A DNA stretch of 64,000 nucleotides, taken from assembly GCA_041688515.1 (NCBI GenBank), contig JBDNHZ010000185.1:1376-65375 (forward strand), written 5' to 3'. The notes beneath the pieces are model-generated. The model was given only the letters and a program-made list of their open reading frames with translations, had not been told where the DNA came from and ran no database searches. Below are positions 1 through 8,448 of this stretch, in pieces. Each line of letters opens with the position of its first letter. The stretch's first letter is position 1. This stretch comes from Verrucomicrobiota bacterium. GTDB taxonomy: Bacteria > Verrucomicrobiota > Verrucomicrobiia > Limisphaerales > UBA9464. The position numbers and the translations under genes are program-made.

Positions 1-1
1 C

Positions 2-523
2 AGCATCGGCATCGGCCTCTATCGCGCCTCCGGACTCGCCGCAGCGGATGAGGCCTACTACCTACGGTTCATGGGCGATTTCATCGATTCCACCTCTCAA
101 CCCTACCCGGCGTCTCTCGACGCTGCCCATCGTCTCCAACAGGAACTGGATCAACGCACCGGATTGCACAACCGAACCAAGATCTTCAGCCAGATGCTGC
201 TTCCTGCCTTGATGAATTCCGCCACCCGCAACGCCGAGGATCAGGCGCACCTGCGGATCCTCCTGACGGCCCTCGCCATCGAACGTCACTCTCGTCAGCA
301 TCAAGAACAACCCCCAGCGAGTCTCGCAACCCTGATCCCGGCTCTTCTCCCCGAAATCCCCCTGGATCCCTTCGATGGAAAGCCATTGCGGTACTCGGTC
401 CTCGCGACCGGCTACCGGATCCATTCCATCGGGCCGGACCGGAAGGATGACAACGGCAAGCCGCGAGTCACGGGCAAGAAGAGGACCGACGAGTACGACC
501 TGGCCTTCGAGATTGCCCGTTGA
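2..523 (+). CDS. hypothetical protein, C-terminal portion (5' end outside window)
   Basis: Frame 2 is open from the window edge (SIGIGLYRASGLAAADEAYYLRFMGDF...) to TGA 521-523. ORF-track entry 71..523 is its tail. No family motif recognised. Confidence 0.45.
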   Translation, partial: SIGIGLYRASGLAAADEAYYLRFMGDFIDSTSQPYPASLDAAHRLQQELDQRTGLHNRTKIFSQMLLPALMNSATRNAEDQAHLRILLTALAIERHSRQHQEQPPASLATLIPALLPEIPLDPFDGKPLRYSVLATGYRIHSIGPDRKDDNGKPRVTGKKRTDEYDLAFEIAR

Positions 524-532
524 TCCGACGGG

Positions 533-1434
533 TCAACCCAAGGCCCGGCTCAGTGCCTCCAGGCAGTAGCCGGTGGTGATCTCCTCGGATCCCCAGCCGA
601 GTTCTTCGTTGCGACCTCCGTAGTAGACCCGCTCGGCCGCCCAGCTTCCATCGGGTTGCTGCTGTCCGAGAAGGAACTCCACGCCCCTCCCGACTTCGCG
701 TGGCGTAGCTCCGAGCATGCGCAGGCTGGCAACGGCCTGCGCCGTGTCGCAGAGACCCTCCCCGAATAGACCCTCAACGGACCCCGCCCCGCGGAGGCGA
801 TCCATAAGTTCCGACGCCTCGCCCGCCAACCCCTTGACTCCGGCCGCCAGGCACCGCGCCACCGCGTAGTACACGGCAAACCGACTGTGATACCAACGAT
901 CGCAGGTCGACTCTTCCCGCCCGCGAAGGATCTTGCATAGGAAGTCCACGGCTCCCCTCGTGTCCGGACCTTCCCCCAGATACAAGAGCACGTTGGCATT
1001 CACGACCCCGTCCACATCCGGCGCCCGGGCCTGTCCCGTGCGGAAGAATTCATTCACCCGACGCCGATGCCGAACGATCCGCGCCAATGCGGGCCACGAC
1101 TGCGGCCATCCGAGATGGCGGGGACGCGGGACAATCCAGGTGTAGAATCTGCCTGAGGAATCGCGATTCCCCAGCAGCGCGGGAACATTGTCTGGAAACG
1201 CGACGCCTCCACCCCTCGCACCACCTCCTGGGCTCCGTGAGCCGGGACCCACCGCAACGAGTGCCCCACTTGTGCCGCGGCGAAAACCGAACTGTCGAAC
1301 TGCCGGGCCGTCCGAAAGGTGGGATCGTTCGACACCCAGCAACGGAGTTCTCCGTGGGGCAGTTGGCTGCGTCGCAGAAAGTCCACCCCGAGGGCGATGG
1401 CGCGATCGACTCGTTGTCTCTGGGCCGGGCTCAT
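533..1434 (-). pseudogene. terpene-cyclase / prenyltransferase-fold (squalene-oxidase-repeat) protein with an apparent frame break near 1195-1215
   Basis: The N-terminal ~75 aa read from ATG 1434 (MSPAQRQRVDRAIALGVDFLRRSQLPHGEL..., ORF 1054..1434). The rest continues sensibly only in the frame of ORF 533..1465 (...FLLGQQQPDGSWAAERVYYGGRNEELGWGSEEITTGYCLEAL, a QxxDGSW-type repeat). ATG 1434 overlaps the P450 stop (ATGA at 1431-1434). The break could be real or a sequencing error. Confidence 0.5.
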
Positions 1435-2768
1435 CCCAACTCCAGTTGAACCCGGCGCACGGCACGGAAGAGGTCGCTCGACTCGTACGTCAGGGCGTCG
1501 GGCTCCTCCATCAGCTTCAACTGGGGAAACGCCGTCAGCACGCCTTCAAGCGCCACCGCCGCCAGGGTTCGGGCGATGGCCGCACCCAGACAGAAATGAC
1601 CCCCCACTCCGAACGCCAGGTGGGCGTGGGGCGGTCGCTCGAGCCGAAGGACATCGGGATCCGGAAACCGCGCCGGATCGCGGTTCGCCGAAGCGAGGTG
1701 AAACTTGACCAAAGCTCCCGCGGGGATTGGAACACCGTCGAGTTCGATCGCTTCCACAGCCTTCCTCGGCACCCATTGCGTTGGGGACTCGAGGCGGAGG
1801 ATCTCGGACACGAAGGCCGGCATCCGGGACGGGTTGCTGCGCACTGCGGCCATCGCTTCCGGATTGCGGAAGCCCAACAACAGAGCGGACGGAATCAGCA
1901 TGCTAAGGGTCGAAGTTCCGGCGAACCAGAGATGACGAACCAGATGGAAGATGGCCAGGCGCGGCAGTCGCTCCGCCTCCGGCGCATGAATCCACTGACT
2001 GCACAATCCCGGACGCGGCTGCTTCTCGACTTCATCCAGCACTGCCGAGAGGACCTCACCCACCGCCGCGAGCACCGCGGTCATCTCCGCACGATTCGGG
2101 GAAAGCACGCGGACCACCGAGGCGGTTTCCGCCTCCGTCAACCCCAGCAATTGCGCCGTGAAGGCCCGGGGCAACGGCACGGACAGGTGTCGCACGACTT
2201 CGAACCTTCCCGCCGCCCGCGTCCGGCTGATGAAGCCTTCCATCCATGCCCGCGCGAAGGCCTCGATGGCGGCAGGTTCAAACGACGAGAAGACCGGAGA
2301 GACGGCCTGGCGAAAGAGCACGTGCTGGGACGGGGACGAGCCCGCCAGGAACGGATCAAAAGCTGCCGAATACTCGTTGCTGAACGCGTTGGGTCGTTTG
2401 AGGGCCGCGGTGACCAGATTGTGCCTCATCACCAGCCAACAGCCGCCCACGGGATCAAAGGAAACCGGCGCGTGTTCCCGGAGGGCCGCGTAGGCCGGGT
2501 AGGGGTTTGTGTAAGAGCTCGCCCCATGAAGTGAGTAGGGAATCAGTCCCGCGCCGGGACTGGCCACCCGCGATTTCCGACGGAAGCATTGCTGCAGGAA
2601 GCGACGGCTGCCGGCCTCTCCCAATCGCGAGGCGTTCACAGGGCTGTCCCAGACCGGAACCCGACGGTGCACGGCGTTGGTCCAACCCAGCGCCGTGTCG
2701 CGAAACCACGACGACCGGCGCATCAGCGCCGATATCGTGCCCCGCACTGGGTGAAATAAGTTCGGCAT
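1431..2768 (-). CDS. cytochrome P450
   Basis: Heme-thiolate loop FGVGGHFCLGAAIA and ExxR motif (EILRLESP) in ORF 1431..2873. Start placed at ATG 2768 (MPNLFHPVRG...), 11 nt after the UbiA stop. The longer ORF-track start overlaps the upstream gene. Confidence 0.9.
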   Translation of the reverse strand: MPNLFHPVRGTISALMRRSSWFRDTALGWTNAVHRRVPVWDSPVNASRLGEAGSRRFLQQCFRRKSRVASPGAGLIPYSLHGASSYTNPYPAYAALREHAPVSFDPVGGCWLVMRHNLVTAALKRPNAFSNEYSAAFDPFLAGSSPSQHVLFRQAVSPVFSSFEPAAIEAFARAWMEGFISRTRAAGRFEVVRHLSVPLPRAFTAQLLGLTEAETASVVRVLSPNRAEMTAVLAAVGEVLSAVLDEVEKQPRPGLCSQWIHAPEAERLPRLAIFHLVRHLWFAGTSTLSMLIPSALLLGFRNPEAMAAVRSNPSRMPAFVSEILRLESPTQWVPRKAVEAIELDGVPIPAGALVKFHLASANRDPARFPDPDVLRLERPPHAHLAFGVGGHFCLGAAIARTLAAVALEGVLTAFPQLKLMEEPDALTYESSDLFRAVRRVQLELG

Positions 2769-2779
2769 CCCAAATTTTT

Positions 2780-3868
2780 CTATGCCCGGTTCCCTGCCAA
2801 CAACCGTCGACGAAGGGCCCCGAGGATCCGGCGACTCCAGCCCCAGATTTCGTCCCAGCGACGTCGCGCACACCGGGGGAAAAGCACGGCATGCATTGGG
2901 ATCAGCAGCAAGGCCAGAGGTTCGCGGCCCGCCAGCGCCAGGATGAAGGTCAACGGGAACAGCACCTGATGATATTCGTACAACAGCGCCGAACCGCGGG
3001 CTTCAGGTTGGACCAGGAACGGTCGCAATCCGTCGAGGCGATACCGGAGCCAAAGGAATGCACCCTCCATCAGCAAAAGCGGCCAGGCCCATCGAGCCCC
3101 AGTCTGGTGGACCAGCCATCCGAAGGAGGCCAGTTCGATGGGGAGGGTCCCAAAGGCAACCAGCTTCCGAACCCGCTCGGGTCCCCATCGTACGGCCAAC
3201 GTCCGGCCCCCGACGACCCGATCCTCCTCCAAATCGGTCATCTGGTGGAGCAGGATGCTGCGCAACCCCAGTGCCAGCGACCACAGGCCCAGGGGCAACC
3301 AGAACGCCGGCCACCGTTGCCCGGCGGCGTCCGCCACCCAGAACGCGGCCCACAACGCCGGCAAACACTGCCCTCCGGAGGCGTCGGCCAGCACGCCCGC
3401 GATTCCCCGGTGCTTCAGCCGGAATGGCCGAACCGAGTACAAGGTGAAAGCCAACCAGTTCCCCGCATAGAGCAGAAGTGCTGCGGGATGCGTCCGCAGA
3501 AGCCAGATCGCGACGCAGCCCAGCGCCAGACAGAGTCCCAGCGCCGTCCCCTTGAACCAGCGGGAACGCCCGGCAAGTCGGTTGGCCTTACCCGCCCGAA
3601 GGTCATCCGCTTCGTCCGTCAGATCATTGATCACGCTCACATAGGCGGCGGCAGCGACGAGCGCGAACATCACTCCAACGATCAGGGGGAAGAGCTCCAC
3701 CATCGGCATCGAATGCCGGTAGGCCGTGGCGTAGACCACTGCCAACACGCACGGAATCTTGTGTTCCCACCAGTCGCTGGCGCGGGAGACACGGGCCACC
3801 TGCGCCCAGAACGCCGGCTCCGGCGACGCTACGACCGTTCCCGCACTGATTCCTGGGCGAGGATTCAT
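2780..3868 (-). CDS. UbiA-family aromatic/polyprenyl prenyltransferase (polytopic membrane protein)
   Basis: First Asp-rich motif NDLTDEADD and second motif DLEEDR, with many hydrophobic segments. Start taken at internal Met (MNPRPGISAG...) 13 nt after the GT stop; the ORF-track start is 3934. Confidence 0.8.
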   Translation of the reverse strand: MNPRPGISAGTVVASPEPAFWAQVARVSRASDWWEHKIPCVLAVVYATAYRHSMPMVELFPLIVGVMFALVAAAAYVSVINDLTDEADDLRAGKANRLAGRSRWFKGTALGLCLALGCVAIWLLRTHPAALLLYAGNWLAFTLYSVRPFRLKHRGIAGVLADASGGQCLPALWAAFWVADAAGQRWPAFWLPLGLWSLALGLRSILLHQMTDLEEDRVVGGRTLAVRWGPERVRKLVAFGTLPIELASFGWLVHQTGARWAWPLLLMEGAFLWLRYRLDGLRPFLVQPEARGSALLYEYHQVLFPLTFILALAGREPLALLLIPMHAVLFPRCARRRWDEIWGWSRRILGALRRRLLAGNRA

Positions 3869-3881
3869 CTTGAATGAGGAT

Positions 3882-5018
3882 TCAGGAAGATGCCTGGAAG
3901 GGATCCGCGGAGAGCGGGGGTTGGCGAACGGCACCCGTGATCCCGCGGGCCCTTTGCTCGCTCATCAGAGTCTCCAGTCGGGTGGCAAATTCGCCACAGG
4001 GGTCTGCGGGAACCGCTCGCCGGATGGCCATCGACGCGAGCAATCCGATCTGCTTCCACTCCGCTCGACGTGCCCAGGCGCGCTCCATGGCATCGTCGAG
4101 AGAATCTTCCGTCGCCGCCTTCGAGAGGAATCCAGTGACACCGTCCGTCAGGAGTTCGCGGGAGCCCCCGGCGTCACCCACGATCCCAAACCGTCCGCAC
4201 ATCATCGCTGCCACCAGTGCCAGCGGAAGTCCCTCTGCCCTCGAAGGCAACACCAGTCCATGATACCCAAGCCAGACCTGCTTGATGTCCGAGGCAAAAC
4301 CGGACCTTCTCCAACCGGAGGTACTCGGCCATCTCCTCCAATCCCTGCCCATACACCCCGGAACCAAAGAAGCTCACCTCCAGATCCCGCTCCCGCCACT
4401 TGGGTCGCGATAGGACCCGCAGCAACCAATCCTGCCCTTTCTCGGACGGGTACAACCGCCCCACACAAGCTAGGCGCCAGGGTGAACCCTCGGAGTCAGG
4501 CCAATCGAGTGGGCCCGCGACTTGAACCATGAAGGGGTTGAAGATCACTTCCGCCTGCGGCAGCGACATCGCCAGGTGCTCTTCCGTCAGCAATCGATTG
4601 TGATGCGAGACGAAGTAAACCCGTTCGGCATGCCGGAACGCCGCCTGAACCCGCTCGCGCGAAGAATCCCAAGGCCAATACAGGTCAGAGGATTTCTGGC
4701 AGATCAGCACATACGGCTTGCCGACTCCCTCAAGGCAGACCCCCCATCGAGATCGGGGGTCATCGAGGCTGGAGGTCTGGATTGGAAGGAATTCCGTCCT
4801 GGAGGGAAGACGACAACGTGGTTGGCAAACGCATATGAGGTGCCGCAGGACCTATCCCATTTCTGCTCAGCGCGGCAAGGAAAGGACTCCGCGCAAGGGG
4901 CGCTTCTTGAAACTGCCCCCGGGAGTCGCGTGCCAGAGGGAAGATCTTCGCGAGCCCGGAGCTTCGCAGCGATAGGGATGGTGGAACTCGTCCCTCCAAA
5001 AACGGGTCTGGCGATCAC
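3882..5018 (-). pseudogene. GT4-family glycosyltransferase, reading frame broken at least once (near 4300) and probably again near 4770-4850
   Basis: The middle of a GT4 domain lies in ORF 4174..4710 (RLACVGRLYPSEKGQDWLLRVLSRPKWRERDLEVSFFGSGVYGQGLEEMAEYLRLEKVRF). The C-terminal part lies in a different frame in ORF 3882..4367 (LVLPSRAEGLPLALVAAMMCGRFGIVGDAGGSRELLTDGVTGFL). The expected N-terminal ~100 aa are not in frame with the middle part. A GTG at 5018 overlaps the HlyD stop (GTGA). Confidence 0.55.
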
Positions 5019-6118
5019 TCCCCAGGACGCAGATCAACGATCTCCCCGGGGATCAGGCCCAACTCGGGCGGCACGCTGACCAGGATCGGGAGTCCGTACT
5101 CGAGGACGGAAGTCCCTCCGGGACGCAGGGGCATCAACTCGGCCAGGATCGGCTCCATCTGACCGCCCACTTGGAGAACCTGCCCCATCGCGCTGCCGCG
5201 TTGATGCGACCTCGAACGGATCTCCACCGCCATGCCCACTCGGGCGTCCATCCGCACCGGCTGTCGGAGGAAGGCCACGATCTTTTCCGCACGGGTTCCG
5301 CTGATGGTCAGGATCGGTTCACCCGGAAGGACCGATTCACCCGCCCGACGGTGCACCATGCTCACGAATCCATCGATTGGAGCGAGGAGCACCGTGGGAT
5401 TGAGCTGGGCCTCGATGGATTCCAGAGCTTTCTGTTCGACGGCAAGTGCCGCCCGGATGGACGCCGGCAGTTCTTCGTCGAGCTTCTTGTCGTCTGGGGC
5501 CAGCTTATCGATCGTCGAGGAGATTTCGTCGACCAGTCGCCCCTGCTCGAGGATCTGGGCCCGCAGGGAATCGAGATCCCGCTGCGCCAACTGAAGGTCC
5601 CGGGCGCTGACGAAAGGAGTCCCGTTGGTGATCCGGGACAGTCGGGTGACCCGGTCGGTCTCCGACTCGGCGAAGGCGAGCTGGGCACGAAAAGTCGCCA
5701 ATTCCACACGCGCCCGCAGCCAATCGAAGCGCAGTTGCGTGAAGTTGATCTGATTGTTTTCGCGCCGAATCTTGGGTTCAACGGTGACGCGCACAAACTC
5801 CAACCGGGCACGCGAAAGTGCTGCCTGAGCCTCCAGATAGCGCGGGTCGGCCGCCACCAACTCCGCAACCGGCTGCCCGGTGGTGACGCGGTCCAGCGTG
5901 GCCACCTTCAGCAGGGTCAGCCGGGAGGGTTGGGAGGCACTGACGATGGTCCGGACCATCTCGACCTCCCCCACCAGGGCAGAGGGGCCGGCATAATTCC
6001 GCCAAGCAACCGCGGTGAGCGCCACCGCCAAGAAGAACGCCAAATAGGGCAGCACCCCAATCCGGAACTCGCGGAATGCGGTACCTGGCGGACTGGGGAT
6101 GGGAGGAAGCTTTTCCAT
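5015..6118 (-). CDS. HlyD-family periplasmic adaptor / membrane-fusion protein
   Basis: One N-terminal TM segment (VLPYLAFFLAVALTAVAW), a long coiled-coil middle, and a barrel-like C-terminal part (LLAPIDGFVSMVHRRAGESVLPGEPILTI). This is typical HlyD/MFP architecture. Confidence 0.8.
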   Translation of the reverse strand: MEKLPPIPSPPGTAFREFRIGVLPYLAFFLAVALTAVAWRNYAGPSALVGEVEMVRTIVSASQPSRLTLLKVATLDRVTTGQPVAELVAADPRYLEAQAALSRARLEFVRVTVEPKIRRENNQINFTQLRFDWLRARVELATFRAQLAFAESETDRVTRLSRITNGTPFVSARDLQLAQRDLDSLRAQILEQGRLVDEISSTIDKLAPDDKKLDEELPASIRAALAVEQKALESIEAQLNPTVLLAPIDGFVSMVHRRAGESVLPGEPILTISGTRAEKIVAFLRQPVRMDARVGMAVEIRSRSHQRGSAMGQVLQVGGQMEPILAELMPLRPGGTSVLEYGLPILVSVPPELGLIPGEIVDLRPGE

Positions 6119-6122
6119 CGAT

Positions 6123-6812
6123 TCAAACCTCGGATTCGTCCTCGGCCTTCAGGCTGGTCACCCGGGAAACACCCGGAAAGGCCTTGAGCTCGGTGATCAA
6201 TTCGTCCGTGCGCCCGGAATCCCGCAGCAGCAGTCGGTAGGAAACATCGGCACCGTCGTACCCCTGGGCCGAGCGCTGGCTGGCAATGGCTGCCCGGCGC
6301 GCATGCCGCTCGAGCAGCAACCGCAGGTCGGCAAGTTCGCCCAGTGGCCGCCCCCAATGAAGATTGAGGATGAGGTCGTAGCGGTGACGGCTGCCAAACT
6401 GGGTCCAGTGCAGATACAGCATCACCACCGCGAAGAGGCCGGCACCGATGACCGCCGTACTGAATTTCTTGGTTCCAGCAGCCATCCCGACCGTGATGCT
6501 GGCAAGGATGTAGGCGGTGTCGAGGGTGTCACGTAGGACGTTGCGAAACCGTACGATCGCGAACACGGCCATCAGGCCGAAGGCGATCAGGAGATTATTG
6601 GCCATGACCATCATGACCAGGGCCACGATGATGCAGAGGACCAGCAGGGAATTGACGAATGACCGGGAGTAGCTGAGCCCGGAGTGGCAGATCATGTAGA
6701 TCCAGGCCACCACGTGGCCGCAACAGAAGGCCACCAACAAGCCCAGCAACATCCCCACGAGATCGTCGGGCGCCGAACCAAAATCACCTCTCAACATCCA
6801 TTCCATTCGCAA
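6123..6812 (-). CDS. DUF4956 membrane protein
   Basis: Four hydrophobic segments and the family-typical FAIVRFRNVLRDTLDTAYILASITVGMAAG block, followed by a soluble C-terminal half. The start lies 9 nt after the VTC stop, and the stop lies 4 nt before the HlyD start. Confidence 0.8.
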   Translation of the reverse strand: MRMEWMLRGDFGSAPDDLVGMLLGLLVAFCCGHVVAWIYMICHSGLSYSRSFVNSLLVLCIIVALVMMVMANNLLIAFGLMAVFAIVRFRNVLRDTLDTAYILASITVGMAAGTKKFSTAVIGAGLFAVVMLYLHWTQFGSRHRYDLILNLHWGRPLGELADLRLLLERHARRAAIASQRSAQGYDGADVSYRLLLRDSGRTDELITELKAFPGVSRVTSLKAEDESEV

Positions 6813-6821
6813 TTCTCCCCG

Positions 6822-7664
6822 TCAGGCATCCGCCAGCAACCCACCCAGTCGCTCTTGCCGCGCCCGCTTGTTGGATTCCGATGCCGAGCGATCCTGACCG
6901 TCCGGCACACGAAGACCTGCCCGATAGAAATACATCTCGCCCATGTTGGCGATGCCATCCGCATACTTTGATGCCGAACACTGCCGAAGGTTGAAAACCC
7001 GGACCAAATCCTTGAACCAATCAGGGAATCGCCCAGTGAACTTCAGTTCGAGAATCACCAACTTGCCGAACACCAGGAACGGCTCGTCCATCGCCGACGT
7101 AAAACGGGTGGTGAACTCCGGCGAGATGAAGACGTTTCGATCCATCGTGACCCGGACCGAGTTGTCGGCCGGGCTGATCCATGCTTCCCGCTCGTAGGTC
7201 ACGTGCGCCGTGGGTGCCGCACCGTCCCGGGTCATCAGTTCCACAAACCGCTGGATCGCCACCAACTGACGCGCATCTCCCGATACCAGATCGTCCGGCC
7301 CCGGAAATTGCCCCGCGAGGACCGGTTCCACCGCATGGCGCTTGACCCCGCCGCGTTGCTTGATGATCGCGTCGTTCATCCGACGCTTGATCTCAAAGAA
7401 GATGGGGGCCTTGGGATTGTCCTCGTAAAACCGCAGGCGCAATTTGTAGCGGTTCTTGTCGCCATTGATCGTGCCCCAGTAGATGGCGAGATCATCCGAA
7501 TCCAGATAGAGGTTGTGAATGGTATACGAGAGATTCGGGCGGCCGGCGCCATACTCGTCGATCTCCAGATAAGCGCGCACGTACTCCCGCACCGCCAAGG
7601 CGGTTTCCGCGGGAATCACGTACTTCAGCTCCCATCGCTGAAGCTGCATCTTGTCGTCGGCCAT
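6822..7664 (-). CDS. VTC-domain (polyphosphate-polymerase / triphosphate-tunnel fold) protein
   Basis: RWELKYVIP..., KLRLRFYED...IFFEIKRR, VTYEREAW, LELKF; alternating charged beta-strands typical of the CYTH/VTC tunnel. Start set at ATG 7664 (MADDKMQLQRWELKY); the ORF-track start is 7697. Confidence 0.85.
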   Translation of the reverse strand: MADDKMQLQRWELKYVIPAETALAVREYVRAYLEIDEYGAGRPNLSYTIHNLYLDSDDLAIYWGTINGDKNRYKLRLRFYEDNPKAPIFFEIKRRMNDAIIKQRGGVKRHAVEPVLAGQFPGPDDLVSGDARQLVAIQRFVELMTRDGAAPTAHVTYEREAWISPADNSVRVTMDRNVFISPEFTTRFTSAMDEPFLVFGKLVILELKFTGRFPDWFKDLVRVFNLRQCSASKYADGIANMGEMYFYRAGLRVPDGQDRSASESNKRARQERLGGLLADA

Positions 7665-7992
7665 GAAACAATTGGAGCGAAGCTCTTTTAGGCACAAACC
7701 AGCCCACTGTCACGCGCGCGTCTCGGAACCGTAACGCAAACCGTCCCGGGCGCGACCGATAGCTCAGGCGTCCCGGGGTAAAACAGGTTTCTAAGCACTG
7801 CCTGTGCCGCCCGACGACGCCAAATCCAGAATGTGGCTGTCGGGGAACGACCCGCTCTGCTCTCAGGACGTTTCAATGAATCTCCCCCCGCGTGGCAGGC
7901 CGGCCCCCCTGAGCGATCGGCCAACGAGTCCGCATTGAATGTTTTGACCCTTTCACCGTCCTTCGGCAGCGTCCGAAGATTCGAAAACTGAC

Positions 7993-8391
7993 ATGAAACC
8001 GACTGTATTTCTCGCCCTGCTGACCACTGCTCTGGGTGCGCTGTCCCTCGCCGCTGCCGACGTCGACGTCAGCAAGCTCCCCCCCGCTTCCACCAAGACG
8101 GGCCTGACCTTCACCAAGGACATCCTGCCCATCTTCGAAAAGTCGTGCGTGAAATGCCACGGCACCGAGAAGCAGAAGGCCAAACTGCGCCTCGACACCC
8201 TCGATGCCACCCTCAAAGGAGGCGAGAACGGCGAGGCCGTGATCAAGGCGAGCAGCGCGAAGAGTCCCTTGGTCCACTCGATCGCCCGCCTCGACCCCGA
8301 CGCCGCCATGCCCCCCGACGGCAAAGGCGAACCGCTCAGCAAGGAGCAGATCGGCATCATCCGCGCCTGGATCGATCAGGGCGCCAAGTAA
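7993..8391 (+). CDS. small secreted c-type cytochrome domain protein (PSCyt1-like)
   Basis: Signal peptide MKPTVFLALLTTALGALSLAAA, then ILPIFEKSCVKCHG (CxxCH) and KLRLD..GGENG; 132 aa. Confidence 0.8.
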   Translation: MKPTVFLALLTTALGALSLAAADVDVSKLPPASTKTGLTFTKDILPIFEKSCVKCHGTEKQKAKLRLDTLDATLKGGENGEAVIKASSAKSPLVHSIARLDPDAAMPPDGKGEPLSKEQIGIIRAWIDQGAK

Positions 8392-8448
8392 GGCAGGAGA
8401 TCGGACTGATCCGTCTGATCGACCGATCAGTCCCATCCATCGGATCGC

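Noticed and set aside
2780-3868. Calling the UbiA gene eboC, a partner of the EboE-like gene at 14026.
   Set aside because: The two genes are about 10 kb apart on opposite strands with unrelated genes between them, and no other ebo genes are present. The subfamily cannot be assigned without a search.
5015-6118. The HlyD-family gene as part of a classical tripartite efflux or type I secretion pump.
   Set aside because: No ABC, RND or MFS transporter and no outer-membrane factor gene is adjacent. Its only tight partners are DUF4956 and VTC, so the conventional annotation context is missing (see finding).
8403-8433. Hairpin ggactgatc...gatcagtcc between the convergent cytochrome and protease genes, considered as a bidirectional terminator.
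   Set aside because: It has a 9-bp stem but a 13-nt loop and no U-tract on either strand. It is too weak to call.
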